A stretch of 63,577 bases of DNA, counting the filler, from Octopus bimaculoides (lineage: Eukaryota): the NCBI RefSeq assembly GCF_001194135.2. It is 9 parts of 8 records of this genome, joined end to end, with 100 filler letters (N's around TTAATTAATTAA, not from the genome) between each part and the next. Parts side by side here need not be neighbours in the genome. Positions count along the whole stretch, not along the records: positions 32,701 to 56,967 come from NC_068999.1; 8 more parts are not named here. One strand, given 5' to 3'. The translations under genes and the position numbers were made by a program. This document shows positions 36,801-52,272 of this stretch, one piece after another (positions within the stretch are counted from its first letter, which is position 1; the number at the start of each line of letters is the position of its first letter). Under the pieces are notes generated by a model. It worked only from the letters and a program-made list of their open reading frames with translations, was not told where the DNA came from and searched no databases.

Positions 36801-38406
36801 GTTCAGATAGTCTTCTCTAGATATCGATAAGTAAACTAGAGATCTTACACCAGTGAAATTTCATTGAAGTATATTTGATTTTTGAAATGTGTTAAAAGGT
36901 TAGCCAATGAGATATGCATGATTGCCATGAAAACACCGGTTATTTGTTGCAGTGAAGATACTACCAAACTTAAACTATGTGGATTCGGGTTATAATGAAA
37001 CTTTATGAAAAAAAAAAACTTAACTTTTTACGTAACACTGATTACTTTATCTATTCCAGCTAGAAAGACATCTAATTCATTATTATTCTTAAAATAATTT
37101 CACTTCTTTTTCTTTGCATGTGTGTTTGGAATACTTAATTCTTTCTTTCCATATTTCTCTGCAAATGTTTAGTTATAGAGAGAAATTATGTGCACTAATT
37201 AGTATGTTTTATTGAAAAAATAAAAAGCATCTCTCTTCGATATTATTTTTTTAACCAAAGTCAATCCTGAGATTAAACATTAAAACTTTTGACTGAGCAA
37301 ACCTATGATCAAAAGTATTTCTACTGTGACCATTCAGTCTTTTTAACACATCAAGTAATCATATAGATGGTTCCTTCAATGACTTGTAGTGGAAGTTTAC
37401 ACATGAGCAACACATGTTGAAGCATACAGATAAATTATATTTATAATATTGTTAGGTCTTACTCTGATTTTAGTCTTAATAATTTGCATCATTTCTTTAT
37501 CAGTGAAATATGATTATACCAATTTTCTCCAATGCACAAGTAATGTCAGTGGCATAGTTTGAAAGAAGGAACCTAATAGACATAACATACTGTACATTAA
37601 TTACAAATAGACACAAAATAGATGGATAGACAACTTTATTTCTATTTAAAAGTAGATTATGAAAATACTTATAAAGTGCTTGGAAATATATATTGTTTAA
37701 ATCATACTGAAACTCAACTTGGAAGCTTTAGAATTATCCCATATTCATCAAAAGTTTGCCTATGATAATAGGCAAATTACTGTATGATTGATAGATCACC
37801 AGAAAATGATATAGATGTAATAAATTACATCTATATGCAGTAACTCTTGTCTAAAAAAATATGAGGGATTAGCTCAGGAAACAGAATAAGTCTAGTGGTG
37901 AAATGATATATATATATATATATATATCTTCTCCCATCACCACTAACAGGTGTTCCCACAGAAGACCAGCTGAATTTTACTATTCCCAGTGCAAGCATTT
38001 TGTACCAATTTCCTGTTACCTCCATATCCGGCGATCTAATTTCTCACAACTCCACATTTTTACTATAGCCTGTTGGCTAAATAAGACATGCACTTAATAA
38101 CCTATAAAATTTGCTGATTATGTGTAACCAGTCAACCTTTAAAGTTCTTACTCAAAACAGTTTCTTCAAACAAAAACGAAAAAAAACAAGGCACCATGAA
38201 ATAAATATTCTTGTGACTACTGCTCATTAAATATTAATTAAAAATACACAAGAAATTATATTAGTAGTTTAACAGTATTGATTATGAGTAGTTACTAGAA
38301 GACATTAATTATGTAACTATGTACTTTGATGCAAATATTATAACATATGTACCTTTAATATATTATTTAGTCAAATGAGGAAGAGGGCATGAATGTGTGT
38401 GTGTGT

Positions 38407-38438
<32 letters not shown>

Positions 38439-38953
38439 ATTCTCTCTTATTCCATTGACTAAATAATATACACATAAAAGAGAGAGATGTATAGATAGAT
38501 GAAAAAGCAAAGAAATGCTATGTATAGGTGGCTAACTACAATTGGTCAGATATTTCTTACAACTAAATACTACTTGCTAAATATACTCTGAAAATTTATA
38601 GTGTTTTATCATCTCCATAACTTTATATTAAAAAAAAAAATTTAAATATCCTATGATGAGAGTTAACTTAAATGCCATTAAAAAGTGCAAAAATATATGA
38701 AGAAATATAACTGAATACTGATTATTCAAGAAAATGTGCTATTAACTGGGACCTGTTTCCTAAATTAATTACAGAATATTTTATCACCTTTTATAGTATC
38801 TCTCAGAGCTTAGATTTAAAATTTCAGGAAATATATTAGATAACATTATCAATTTGCTGAAAGAACCAAAAACAGCTGCACTTTATATCTGGGAACATTT
38901 ATTAGAGCAACTGCTTGTCTTTACTGAAATTTTTTAGCATAGAGTAATTTTAA

Positions 38954-39164
38954 CCCTATCATTACCATATTTCTGCTGAAATATAGTGTTTTGTTTCAAT
39001 GAATTTTTTTAAATAATGAAGAATTTAGTAAAATAATTTAGCTGGTGTTTGGAACCTAAATTAACATGAAAATTTGAAGGGAGTTTTTAATTTAGATAAC
39101 TGTAAAACATGAAGTTTGTATCATAGAACCAAGGGTGGTCTCAGGCACGTTGGCATCAAAGGGG
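38954..39164. mobile_element. piggyBac-type MITE
   Basis: TTAA|CCCT...GGGG|TTAA (TTAA at 38950-53 and 39165-68), 211 bp, non-coding. Confidence 0.65.
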
Positions 39165-42100
39165 TTAAATCATTCTTCAAAGTAATAACCAGCTTAAAAT
39201 TAAAGACATTAGAGCAGTTACTAAATAGTTGGTTAATATATCAACATAGTTTTTAATACAATCAGCTTATTTTGTACATTTACTCTGTAAAAGCTAACTT
39301 CCATAACCTTACAAATGTTAACTGATGTTGTGTAAGATCTTGATTTTCCATACTATTTATCCCAAAGATGCTCAGCAATTTTGTTTGAAAAGGAAGGGAA
39401 CTCACAAAGAATTAGATTGTAATTGACCGAAGTTGTTCCTTCTTTTACCCCTAAACCATACACATTTACACTCTGTCAACCTTTCTTTCTCTCTCTTCAA
39501 GGATCTTTTCTAATCTAATCTTTGGAAACATGCTACTGGAAAACTACCAACAACTACACCATCATCATCATCAACACCTCAAAATTAGCAGAAATAGATG
39601 TAAATAACTGCATTCTTTATCATCTTCAGTATTGTTCTTCACAGTGACTACCAGATAATTTCCTTATATATATAAGTAGACTCTGACTCAGGAAATTTTA
39701 GCAAAAATTGTATTGTTGCACTTTCATCAGTATAGACTTTCTTTATACTTATCAGTGGAACTTCCTACCCTTGGATTAAAAGTTTTTATGTTTGACTGAT
39801 GTCCCCAACTCATAATCTACTGAGCTTCAGAGTTCGGTTATGTCTCCTCATATTCTACATTTTTCACATTAAATATAAACATGCAACATAAACAACCTTT
39901 ACTGCTTCCATGAACAAAGATCTTAAAATATATTCTTCAATAACACTTTAACACATTTATTCAACACATCAACAAAAGATTCTTTTCCCAAAACTCCATC
40001 CCTAATCATGAACAGTATACAACTTAAACCTTTAAATGTAAATCATAATTTCTGATGATTCACAATCTCTTATGACAACCATGCAGCTATATCATTGCCA
40101 AAAGGTTAGATTACCTCTCCAAAGACATATTTCCACTTTGATTGTTGTTGACTTTCCATAAACCATAAATGTGATTCACTTTAAAGTACAACTCGCATAT
40201 CTAGAATAGTTCTGTTATACGCATATAACCATTTAAAAAAAAAAGATTATCTAGGAGTTAAGCAAACTGTTACTCATCACCATTAGTACACCAATGAGCT
40301 ATGTTTTCGCTGTATCATCTGTTTATTGCCTTTCTAATAGTTTTTACTTCTCCAAACTGGCAAAACTCTATAATCACTTCTGCTCAAGCAGAGTGGTACA
40401 TGTATAATGACCTACTTCTCAACCTATTTTGTTTCACCTCAGAAATTCTGTACTAAACACTTCATTCAATCATTCCACTCTCTCCTTTCAGACTGCACTC
40501 CTTTGGGACAACCATCTTTGGCACGTTTTGTCTAGAGACATCATCCTCCAGAAGTTTAGCTTAGGATTATAGGGTAAAGGTCAATGGATCTACTCTAAAT
40601 ATGAAAACTTTTTTTTAAATATCTGTGCTGTACTTCAATGTTAACCAAACTTTAGACAGCTAATAACACAGGATCAAGTTCATCAGCTTTGTTAATTAAA
40701 CTCATAAAGAGCAATTGGTCAATTTGTCTGCTTAATTGGCACATTTCAAGTTTTAATGCAATATTATCTGCCTGGGTGTTGAACAAACTACTATTCAAAA
40801 TAAGAATTTTTCACATTGGCACAAGACCATAAAATTTTAGGAGAGGTTTATAGTATACTGGGTTGACCACAGTATATGACTGGTACTTAATTTATCTCCT
40901 GCTGGGTAAAAGACATAATTAAAACTGACAGGATTTGAAACCAGAATGTAAAGAGATCTAATTAAATGCATGAAGAATTTTTCTGATTGATGCTTTATTG
41001 TTCTGCTTCACTTGACAATTAGGAATGAGTTTATAAAACAATATTGTTTATAGAACAATAATGTTTCAACACCAGCAATTTCAGTGGAAAATCACAAAAA
41101 AGGAAAGAGATATTATTAGGTTTTATTCATATAGATTTCTGAATATTTGACCCTCTGAATCCAAACTGCCTGAAACTGCCTCATCCTTTGATATAAACCT
41201 GCTTGTTTTAAAGTTTTTCTATTAAAATTAAACCTATCTACCATCAGTAACAACCTTCTGCTATGTTACATTCCAAACATAAATAAAAGTGTTTTGGAAA
41301 AAATAAATTACAGTGAGTTGAATAGGACATTTATACTTCTTTAGAGAGAAAGAGTACAGAGGCTAATACCACTAGGTTTGTGCTCAAATAGTTATAGACC
41401 CAGGTAAAATGTGAAATGTAAACCATGTTTCAAATTACTCACCAAAGTATTTAGTAATGTATTTAGTGTTAAAATATATATGATTTATGTGAAAGTTAAG
41501 ATATATACACACAGCTGTAATGTACATAATGTAGTTACTAGTAAAAGAAGAGAATAAAAGAACTCGAACAAATTATTAGAAAGATAATTTTCTACCAAAC
41601 GGTCCTCACTTAACATCTGACCAGAAATACAAGAGCTCTTCAAAATTATAAACCAATGACAGCAACTCCAGTACATTGCATTAAAAATATTTAAGGTCAG
41701 AAAAGGAAGAAATTCATAAAAAATTTCTTTGGTTTAGGCATTTCTCTTCTGATTTGTTTGGCTAATTCATATGACCAAATGCAATAATAAACTCTTTATT
41801 GTATATTTAATTTGTTTTCTTACTGTGTGGTAAAGAAACGTACAAATAATGATAATTAATGATAAATTTATTTATTTAAATATATTTGATGTGGCTAAGT
41901 TGATGTGAAATAGCATACAATCACCGACCAGTAATTGGTGAATTAGCGGTTTTTTTTTAAATATCTTCATTAGATAAATTAGTTTACATATGCACATTAA
42001 ATAAATATGCATTTAGCTTTGCTGTGTATGGTTAAAACACAGAGATCTTTCTGCAGGATAAATCTAGGAACAGCTTGTTTAGTTTCAGTTGATTATTGCC

Positions 42101-42913
42101 ATTTTGTCAACGAGGCCTTCTTAAGATCATCATACAGAGAAAGAAAGCCACTTAGAACTTATTACAAATTTATATATAATATATATAATGAGAAATGTGG
42201 AAAGTAACAGGAGCTAATTTTATTCATTTACATATTCAGTACATTCACTGATATGTAAATGAGTGAAATTTTCTTTAAAAGTCTAAGTAGCTCTAAAATT
42301 TTTCTTGATCTTGTGTGGCAAACTTGGAATATCTTTCTATGAGACAATAGCTAATTGAAACTAGCTGAGCTGTTCTCAGGTTCATCTTGCAGAGAGAGTC
42401 CTGTGTTTTAACCACAGAGTCTGTTCTATGCACTGAAGCTGGATGTACATTTATAAAAATTTAAATACACACTGTGAATTTATTTACAATTTATCCATAA
42501 ACATATACACTGTCATGGTATTTTAGTTCTTCATAGATACAACTGGGTCACATGCTCTCTTTAATTTAGACAGGCACATATAACTTAGGAAATATATATA
42601 CATTCATCCAAGACTCAAAACAAACTAAAAACCTTTAATTTAAGTGAAGTGTATTAACATTATTCAACTTGGTAATAAGATACCTAAATGGATACCAACT
42701 TTGTTGGAATCATCAATATAACATACTAGTAGTCCAGATAATTATCTTCTTAATAACAATCACACATCTCAGAACTTTATAGATTCAATCAAAATCTCAA
42801 TCTTCCATACTCTATCCTTAACCGGCATCCTTTCATATGGTACTTTCTTCTTTAAATAAATTTTGCAACAAGTTAGTTTTAAAAATTCTGAATAAATTCA
42901 ATCACTTTTTCTT

Positions 42914-42914
<1 letters not shown>

Positions 42915-42967
<53 letters not shown>
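42915..42967. repeat. (GT)n microsatellite
   Basis: Seen directly. Confidence 0.95.
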
Positions 42968-42971
<4 letters not shown>

Positions 42972-44049
42972 ATGCATGCGCATGCATTTTTGTATCTGAC
43001 TAAACAATGAACTGATTCTGTGTAAGAAATTATTTCTTGCCTTTGCCTAAAACAATTTGGAGTTTAACTCTTAGAAAGCACATGGGTATCTAACAACCAA
43101 TTAGGTCTCATCAGCTACTGTTTAATGAGAACTGTGTTTGTACTCTCAGTCAGACGGTTTAATATAACCTTAACAATCCTTCCAGTATGAATGTTTATGT
43201 TCTCCCATGGTATTTTACAACAAATTGCAAGTAACCCTTTTTTATATAGAATTAATACAGTGGATGTTGTATAATTTTCTGCAAATGACAAAATTTTCAA
43301 AACTATATTCTAGAGATTATTCTAACTACAAGTATGATAAAACCCAGCTAAACAGAAGCTGTAACCTACATGTTTCTCTAGGATTTTAATCCTAAAATTG
43401 CTTTACAGAACTAAAAATATTTTCCAAGAGTTCTATGATGTAACATTTTCCTGACATAAGAAAATTCTTAAAATCTTTTAATGATTCCATTTATCTTTAA
43501 TTTAAGATTAGCACACACCATAAAACTTGATTAAACCAGCAATATCGCTACTGTAGCACATGTCGTAGCAAGCACATTCTCTGGTTTAAGATAACTAAAC
43601 CAGCATGATAATAATAATCATCATCATCCACATCGTTATCATGTGACCCAAATTACATCACCTTCTCATTGCTCTTCCTTTTCCCAACCAACATTCATCT
43701 TATCACATAGCCACTACTAAACAATTCTTCTGCATAAATATCATCTACACTAATATCACAGGCTTTTAGTTTGATGTTGACCTTCTCACTGTCTCCTACT
43801 AACATACAAATCACACACTTTTATTTCATTCAGAGACACAAACCTTACATCCCCTATATCTAACCAACTTCTGCATTCCAGGCTACATTCTATATTCCAT
43901 CTTCTTTCCTAAAATTGGTGTCTGCACTTACATAGAACAATTGTCTCCACCGCTCACCTCTTTCATCACCCATAGCAAACACTTCCTTGTTACTTTGGCT
44001 CAAGGTCTCTCTTCCCCATTTCTCTAAGCTACTCAAACTTTTCCAATCA

Positions 44050-45420
44050 CCAGTAGTAAATTAATAAATCTTATTCTATATTAATACATCCATACTAATT
44101 CACCTCTTTCTGAAGTCATCATTCTTGGTGAAATCAGCTAAGTGGATGACAAACATCATCACCCTAGAAATGTCTCTCTATGCTTCTCACTCAACCAAAG
44201 CATGCATCCCTTAAGTGGTTCACTCACAGATTTGCTTTTGCTGTACAGAAAAAGAAAATTTCCTACAACACATGAAACAAAAGGTGCTTCCATACATCAC
44301 ACAGTATTTATACTCTGTTGCTTTATAAATTGAATTTGAACCAACTAAATATCTTGCAAAGAGGACCTCTCTTTGCAGAGTTCTCTTATCTATCACTCAT
44401 TAACAAATATAACCTATAAGTATCACTGACCGATAAGGACAAATCTCACTTGTGTTTGTTTTATTTTTCCTTTCCTACTGCACATAAAACTCTTCCCAAA
44501 TTTTCTTTGCACCTCCCTGTTTCCATCACATGCACACTGTTGCCAAGTATGAAAATTCCTCCTTGTCAGCAAGACCAACGAACCCAAAAAGTTAACCAAT
44601 TCTGATAACGATCTTATATTACTCTTCTGAGATAACCCCTATCTTCATAAACTCTTCAATATTACTCTCTCCTAGAAATTAATACGAACCCATAGAAATA
44701 CACAACCATGCATCCTAATTGTGAAAAATGTCAATGCATTCCTTTGTATTCACTTTTAACCGTCTAAAGATAAGGAAGTAGTCATAAGCAATCTTCTTTT
44801 TCATCTCCTTCATACCTTTCCCATCTTACTGACCATCAATACGGTTTTCATAAAGCCAGATAATTGAAACTTACCCTCCTACTTCTTATTTAGTTGTGGT
44901 TTTTCTCTCTTGAGAACTTCAGTGAAAGCAAAGTTGTTATCTTTGCCACCAGCAAAGCCTTTGATCATGTCTGGCATGCAAACCTCCTAAGTTTACCACC
45001 TACGTCCACCATCTGTTTCTCATTTCAGGGGTCAGAAACTTCATGTACATTACTCTAACACAGCAATCACTGACAGTGCTCTTTTCAATACATTTCTATT
45101 ATTTCTGACTATTAGAGTCTGACTGTCTTCCACACACTTCTGCATATTAACTACCTATCACTGTAACTTTCATATCTTCCTTAATTTTCCACACACCAGC
45201 ATCCTCCACATGTACTCTATAAACCTTATCCCATGCACAGAAGCCACACAAATATCCTCCAACAAGGACATGACAATATAATTTCTTCAAAAGCACCATG
45301 ACGACATCATTACATAGATGTTGCTTTTGCATTACATTTATCCTTTGCATGAGGGATACCCAACTAAATCTCTCAATATTGCCTAAAATATAATACCTCA
45401 TAATTTCTGATGACCTCACA
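44050..45420 (+). mobile_element. Old CR1/L2-like LINE remnant
   Basis: SEVIILGE (endonuclease ILGDFN-like, ~44110) and ENFSESKVVIFATSKAFDHVWHANLL (~44910-44990; RT ALDISKAFDRVWH motif). Confidence 0.7.
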
Positions 45421-47534
45421 GTATTAGAAAACAGTATTAGAAAGATGAAGAGTAATCTGACTAATCAGAAAATATTTTTAAATAATTAAAAATTTCTCTT
45501 GTTATATGTGCATTTTCATTTGATTAGAAATTCTGCTTGATTCACTAGATTAATAGATTAGCTCACACTTTAGGTCTATATTCTTAATGTGGAGAGAAAA
45601 TTTTCATATGAAATTATTTTAAATTTACCTAATCAGTGAACAGTTTTTCACTTAGTCATTCTTAGATCTGCTAAGTATGTTTAACGATTTGCATTACTGA
45701 GGAGGTCTAATAATGCTGAAACATATCTAAAGCTGTTACAGTACTTATGCACCCACCACCACTGCATGCTTCTATTCAATAGATTTGAATTTCTGAGTTG
45801 TTTCCTTTGCATTTTCTGACAAGAAGTTACTAACACTAATGAATCTTCTTTACCTTGCAGATGTAATCACAATTGATTAAAAAACTCTTTTAGACTCATT
45901 GCATTACATATGTTAGCCCAAACTTAACTATATGTTCTTGATGCAGAAGGGACCCTTAAGATATTTTCTCATATATTTCTAAATTGCTTTTTAGATATTT
46001 TAGCAAAGTAATTTCTAATATGTATTTTAATTCATAATTATAAGAAAAGTTCTCAGAATATTGAAACCATGGAGTGGAGATTCAGAGAATGTAAAGATGT
46101 ATGTATAGACAACTGAGGAAATGTTCTATTTAAATATTACTATACTACATTTTAGCTTCAAGAATTTAAGCTGATGCTGACTCATCATAAAGTAAGTTGG
46201 GCCATTCTAAAGCTATCAGTTTACCACATACATCTTCCTCACTGACTGCTGCTTACACAAACAACCATTGTATAAACAATTCAAAAGGTTACCTACTAAA
46301 GAGAAGTCACAAAATAAGATTAAGCAAAGGACCTGAAATAAATAACTTGTAAATTTCTTATCTAAATAAAACTTACGTCAGCCATTTCAGAATTATCATG
46401 ATTGTGAAAAAAAAAAATTTACATTAGAAAAAATTTACTAAAGAACCCCCTCCACAAAAAATAAAAAAATTAAGAAGAACATTTAGGAGATATATTTGCT
46501 TGAGATATGGTTGTGGGAGAATTTCTGGGAAAGTCTTTATAAAAAGGCTTTACTATTCACACTTTTTTTTTAATTGTAAGAAGAGGATTAGTTATATTTT
46601 GAATTTTTATTAGAATAAATTAGATGTTTGTAATTGTTCATTAACGGTTTAGAAAATCAAAACAATTTTCTTGTTGCTATGGACTACCCCATCCTCCTGT
46701 AGTAGTTTAACACATTTCTCATCCTCTATCTCTAAGCTAATATTCCTGTCTCTATATTTCAACTTCAAGTGGTGGATGTCAGAATCTAATTAATTTATCA
46801 CAGAATGGAATGTTACAGACCAGTCTTTACAGATATCATATCAAATGGCACATATGGACAAAATGCCTACAAACAACTCTGGTCTTCATCCAGTGCAGGA
46901 ATGGCCATGGCATTGGAAAAGAAATTAGCTTTGCAGCCACAAGGATCTAGGTATTTTTCTCACTGCTCTGCATCTGGGGCATTTGCCTATTACTGTCACC
47001 TTAGGACAACCAATAATTTGTGTGTGTGTGTGTGTGTACACACATGTATATAGATATATATATGTACATACATGTGTATGTATATATGAAAATCCTTTCT
47101 CACAACTTTGGCATGTGATGAAGTGATTAAAAAGGATCTTCAGATGTTCAGCCTCACAGAGGAAATGACAAGGGACCGGAAGTTGTCGCAATTTCATGTA
47201 CTTGAGAAGATATATCAAACTAAGTAAAATTACAGTCATTCATACACTCTATGTATACAAACGTGTCTTTTTCAGGTGCTGGTACCATGCAAAATCCACT
47301 CATGCTGGTGCCATGTAAAATGCAGTTGTGCCAGTGTTGCATAAATGCACACATGCCAGTAGCACGTAGAAGGCATCCAGCATGCTTTGTAAAGTGGTTG
47401 GCATTAGGAAGAGCATCCAGCCATAGAAACCATGCTTAAACAGACAATCAGAGTCTGGCCAGCACCTGTCAAATCATCCAACCCATACCAGCATGGAAAA
47501 CAGACGTTAAATGATGGTGATGATGATGATGATG

Positions 47535-47565
<31 letters not shown>

Positions 47566-48214
47566 TAGAGTCAATATTGAAATCCAGGCATGATCAATAT
47601 AGAAAACACATAATAGTGTTCAAATGATTTAAACTTACTCTATAAAATGTTTTCCCAGGATTAAGTCGGTGGTGTGAAGAGTGGCTATGAGAGGAATCCA
47701 GATGAGTTGATATGGAGATAATGATGCAAATAAATAAACTTCCTGAGCTTGCTATATAAACTGTACATACATATATACATATATAGAGAGAAGCAAAAGT
47801 GAAAATATTCAGATGAACGTTCATGTATAAGCATATAGATATTTATGTATTTATAGAACAGATGTACATGGAGTACAAAAGATACAGAAAACTAAAGGGA
47901 GAGGGCATGTTATTTCAGGACCAACACCTGTTTCTGGAGGGCTCAGAATTACACAGTAGTTGTAATGTTGGCAGATGGAGTATGCAAAAAAGTCAAGAAT
48001 ATGCAACCAGTAGTGGATGCATATACTGCAAATCCAGCCTCATTACTGAAAATCCAGCCTCTGTTTTCAGGGTGGAGAGATTGGCATTTCAGATCATAAT
48101 ACAGGGAATTTAAGGGCATATATATGCACATGTTTATATATGTATGTCTTATATATATCAAGCCCAAACATATTTATTTGCATCAGAGTGTGTATGTATC
48201 TTTTATCTGTAAGT

Positions 48215-48870
48215 TGTTTCAGTCATTAGATTGCAGCCATACTGGGGCACCACCTTGACAAATTTTAGTCATACAAATGAACCTCAGTACTTTTCTTTTT
48301 ATGCCAGGTACTTACTTATTCTATTGGTCTTTTTTGTTGAACTGCTAAGTGAATGAATATAAACTCACTAATACTGATTGTCAAGCAGTGGTGGGATACA
48401 AAATCACACACACACACACACAATCATATTTTATGCATACATATATATATATCCACAAGACTAAATGTATAATGTGTATGTTTGTGTCTTTATGACTTGA
48501 TATTGTGCAATAGCTGTAAACTTGCAACACTGTCATACAATTGGTGTCATTTGTTTCTAATCTTCTGTGAAAACATGTTTGGCCATGGATTGATAATAGG
48601 AAGGGCAGACAACTGTGGATAATAATTTGCCTTGACAAACTCTTTCTGACCCATATAAATATGGAAAAGTAGACATTAAAATGATGATAATACAACAGGC
48701 TCAATAAGGTATACAACACCTGATAGACTTTCATTCAGTTGCCATCTACCCAATTATGGGTCAACTCAAGGCTATGAAAAAAATGACATTAGCCCAAGAT
48801 ACCATGCAGTGAAGTCAAACCCAGGACCACATGATTGTGAAGTGAACTTCTCAACCATTCAGCCACACTG
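48215..48870 (-). mobile_element. CpG-decayed SINE family A pieces (tail 48215-48400, head 48720-48870)
   Basis: Align to 4925-5345 with repeated CG to CA/TG changes. Confidence 0.7.
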
Positions 48871-50289
48871 CACTGGTTCAGCCTGAGAATTACATTAAGG
48901 GTACACATGTGTGTGGAATACTCAGCTATTTACACCTCAATTCAGAAGCACGTTTGAACAACAAAATCCTTATTCATGAGCAATGAGGATCCACCACCAC
49001 CATATATATATATATATATACATATTCTTGTAAAACAATGGATCTGCACCTGGTATATCTTATTTCAGTCTTCTTGGTAAAGTAGCATCTGTTTTGCTTA
49101 TAGTAAACCCACATGAGATCAACAGTGCTAACTGCTGCAATGACTGCATTTGAAGGCACTTGGTCTTGTCCTGGTGCTGGTTTTGCATTGAGTTTGCTAT
49201 TCTTTATCAAGAAATCTCACTTTCTCCTCTCATCTTTTTAAACTCTTCTCTATGTGTGTGTATGTGTGTGTGTGTGTGTGTGTGTATTTACCAGTTTAAA
49301 TGTTAACTTATTTCCCTTTACATTAAAAAATAACATAGCTATTTGATAAACAGAGATTGATAAAATAAGTATCAGACTGAAATAAATGCTAGAGTTCATA
49401 TGATCTACTAAAATCCTTGAAGGTGATGCCTCATTGTGGCCACATTCCAGTCACTGAGGCCATTAAAAGCATAAAACAAATATAAAATTGTGGCTTGAGC
49501 AGATGAAATTAAAATTTTCTATTTGAAAATATAAAGCAATACAAGAGAACTGCTAAACTGGAGAAACTAAAACTATATTTCAGACCTTAATGTTATTGTA
49601 TTGGCTGTTACAATATTGAGTGAAATTTCAAATCATCGACAGATATAAAGTAAACCTTACAATCTATCATATTCATTTTACTTAGTCTTGGATTACTGAT
49701 ATAATCCAAGATTGAGTGCTGCAAGTATGATAGATTGTATGATGAGAGTGCAAGTTGATCAGTTTTCAGATTGTTCCTCGAACAGAATTTAACTATTTTT
49801 CAAATGCATATTCTCAAATTCTCAGCTATAGTTTTGTTAAAGTTTGGACTGATTTGTAATATCCAGCTTCTATCAACCACTAATGTTGCAAAACCACCAC
49901 AAAGCATTTCCTTTGAGGAAAACTTTGTATGTATGAGTTAACTGTATATTTTTTTTAAAAAGTCAAAATCATCCACTAACAATGGCATTTTTACTTGTCT
50001 ATTCTAGTAATGGAATATTAAACATCTTCCATCTGTTGAATTACAGAAGTATATGGGTTTTATGCCTCCTTTATAGTTAAGTGGATGACTGATATGATAC
50101 TCACTCTTAAGTATGTTCTTTCACATCCCTCGTATAACCCTTATATTGGTGAGTTTTAATTATTTTAAACTTTTATGCTTATTCTGGAACAAATATTTCT
50201 TCAAGTATGTTTACTCATACCATTTTTAAGTGCAGTCTTCAATCTATTAATTCATGCTATCGGTCTGGTTTCCACCATCAAATTAAAGA

Positions 50290-51110
50290 CGGAAAATAGA
50301 AAATTCGAGTGATTTAATTATATGAATTCAAAATGGAATGCAAAGCAACAAAAATGCTCAACATATAGCTCAGCATTGGTTCCACGAATTTCATAGCACA
50401 GGTGAAACCTTGAGAGTTAAGGAGGTTGTAAAAGACCTTCACCATTTGACAGTGATCGATTAAAGGTCATTGTTGAAGTGGGACCATATAAAACAACTCA
50501 GAACATTGTATGAGAACTAAATGTTGACTATTCAGCAATTTATTATTTGCATTATATTGTCAAAAAAGTTAAACAATTCGGTGTTGTATGAACCGAACAA
50601 AAATCTTCACTATTACAGAATGTGCTTTGTGCTTTTTTTAATACAGTAAAGCCTTTCCATTTCTTGATTGTATTTGGATGGGAAAATGAACAGGTTTTGT
50701 ATGACAACTAGAAGTCTTCTGCAAAATAATAGAATGGGGTGAAACACTAAAATTGATGCAGCATCCAAAAAAATGTTATGCTCAGTGTTTGGAGGCCAGA
50801 AAGTGGAATAATGCTCTATTGTACATTGAATCTTCACAAAGCCATCACAGCAAAGACATATTGTGAAGAAATTGATAAAATACACCAAGAAATGTAACGT
50901 TTATGCTGTGCATTTGTCAGTAGAAAAGTTCCAATTATGGACTATCACAAAAGCCTGATCTTACAGCACAAATATCTCTTCAGAAATTGAATGAGATGAG
51001 CTAAGAAACAATCTCATTCAGCTTATTCCCTAAACCTCTCAGCAACCATCTACCACTTTTTACAAGTATTTGATAACTTATCTCAAAAATGCTCTTTAAC
51101 TATTGAGCAG
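50290..51110 (+). pseudogene. mariner transposase pseudogene
   Basis: KIRVI.LYEFK, AQHWFHEF, FDSDRLKVIVE, LYDN, TITAKTYCEEIDKIHQ, SLQKLNE, and a decayed YSPDLS..YHFF-like region; many stops. Confidence 0.8.
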
Positions 51111-51419
51111 CAGCTCAAAATGCTTTCAAAGAACTCAATGGCACCAAGATTCCAGAATTGCATACAATCACAATAAATAGTATTTTGTTTTGTTCCTTTT
51201 TAGGTAAATATGTGCAGATTATGATAGTTATTATTTCAATTAATAAAACCTCTGAGCAGAGACATATTGCTTTAAAGCTGAGGGTTAAAAACTTCAACTT
51301 AGTAACTTCCAAGTGGTTCACACACAGGTGTGTTCCAGCTGCCTGTTCCATTGCCAACAACGTAAGGAATAAATAACTTCCTTCATCAACTAAAAGCATT
51401 TACCAAAGATCATGACACA

Positions 51420-52272
51420 TATGATGACCATCACAACAGTAAAGGATGCTTGGATGCCTTCCAAAGGCTCGATGTGAAACTGCAACTGGAATGACTAATT
51501 GTAAGTCACATCAATAATTTAGTAGAGCTCTCTGGCCCATTATTAGTTTTGAATCATAGTGAATCTGTATTGCTCCTGTTGATAAAACCACTGCTTTCTC
51601 ATATTCTACCTAAATTTCATTTCCATTCCAACCATCTTTTCTTCACATACAGTTTCCAAATGCAGAAACATTTCCAGTCACTTGAAGCCATAAAAATTAA
51701 CAAGGCAATCAACAACTCTAACAGTGTTTCTTTTATTACTCTCCAACAGTACTTCTATTCCATAGGCTTCTTTCGAGTGCATTCAATGTATCTCACCTCA
51801 AAAGATTTGGCTGCTATTTCTAGCACATCCTGCTACCACGTAACAGCTATTTGCGATAAATACCTGTTACGTGGTAGCAGGGCGTGCAAGAAATAGCAGC
51901 CAAATCTTTCCATTTCTGGGAAAAGGAGACGTTTACGCATGATTTTGATGTCACATTTATTGAAAATGTGCGAAATTACATGGAAAAGAACAAAAAACCC
52001 ACAAAACAAAACTCCATTGCTGGGAAACTCAGACTTCCCCGGTGATCCAACGGACCATGAGTAGTCTAGTACTTATTAATGACCTCTCACTGTTATCTTC
52101 TAACCACACACTGCTGTTCGGATACCACCATTATTCACTACTCAGTAACCTTCGTGATTCTCATTTAACTTCAGCATCCCTCACCACACCTCCACGAAAC
52201 ATAACAACCGAGATATTTTCACCAGTACCAAGACAAAACCAATACACATGTATAGGAAACTATTTCCCATGA
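51420..52272 (+). mobile_element. CR1/L2-like LINE RT remnants interrupted by a MITE
   Basis: LEAIKINKAI..SFITLQQYFYS and LVLINDL..SNHTLLFG (FINDL..FADD-like). A related C-terminal piece lies on the minus strand at ~53240-53500. Confidence 0.5.
51803..51907. mobile_element. 105-bp palindromic MITE (TIR AGATTTGGCTGCTATTTCT)
   Basis: 44-bp arms with about 2 mismatches and a 17-nt loop. The same TIR motif occurs at 178-194, 343-363 and ~54068. Confidence 0.8.

Noticed and set aside
48974-49210. ORF with AKPAPGQDQVP as a host exon
   Set aside because: No convincing splice sites; at best a faint LINE KAPGPDG-like remnant.
50613-50888. 91-aa minus-strand ORF
   Set aside because: It is the antisense shadow of the mariner pseudogene on the plus strand.
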